A stretch of DNA of 50,769 nucleotides from Octopus sinensis (taxonomy: Eukaryota): positions 1 through 50,769 of the forward strand of contig NW_021834276.1 in NCBI RefSeq assembly GCF_006345805.1, read 5' to 3'. Below the pieces are notes generated by a model. It saw nothing but the letters and a program-made list of their open reading frames with translations. It was not told the DNA's origin and ran no database searches. Numbering within the stretch: the first letter of the stretch is position 1; each line of letters begins with the position of its first letter. A program made the position numbers and the translations under genes. This document shows, one piece after another, positions 50,643 to 50,769 of the stretch.

Positions 50643-50745
50643 CCCTTTAGCATTCAGATTAGTCTGTCATATGTAATGCTTGTTTATTCACATTGTTTTG
50701 AATTAATCATGCACTATCTTGTAGTTTCAAGATTTCAATGATGTC
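50643..50745 (+). mobile_element. piggyBac-type MITE, 5' part
   Basis: CCCTTTAGCATTCAGATT...CACATTGTTTTGAATTAATC...CAAGATTTCAATGAT, interrupted by a (CAT)n tail at the window end. Confidence 0.65.
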
Positions 50746-50769
50746 ATCATCATCGTCATCATCATCGTT

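Overview
This window is very AT-rich eukaryotic non-coding DNA dominated by (TA)n, (TATG)n, (TG)n and (GATA)n microsatellites and transposable-element debris. The repeat families look like those of an Octopus genome; this is an inference from remembered repeat sequences, not a database hit. No host protein-coding gene is supportable, and nearly all listed ORFs are Y/I/C/V/H/T translations of simple repeats. Recognisable elements: (1) a full-length 1258-bp Tc1-like transposon (30198-31455) with 31-bp TIRs and a decayed transposase with DD36E spacing; (2) an internally deleted D34D mariner (20221-20992); (3) five piggyBac-type TTAA MITE copies; (4) a non-autonomous Helitron; (5) RTE-LINE ORF2 fragments and many RTE-type 3' ends; (6) three tRNA-headed SINE families. 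The most interesting signal is seven hammerhead-ribozyme-like motifs of the minimal type I kind typical of Penelope-like retroelement termini. One (28970-29109) has an intact catalytic core. Another (32906-32957, minus strand) has the core GUGAACA, a compensatory G3-C8 swap of the canonical C3-G8 pair, and lies in a 259-bp fold-back. Several other local fold-back palindromes and microsatellite-bounded tandem duplications are also present.
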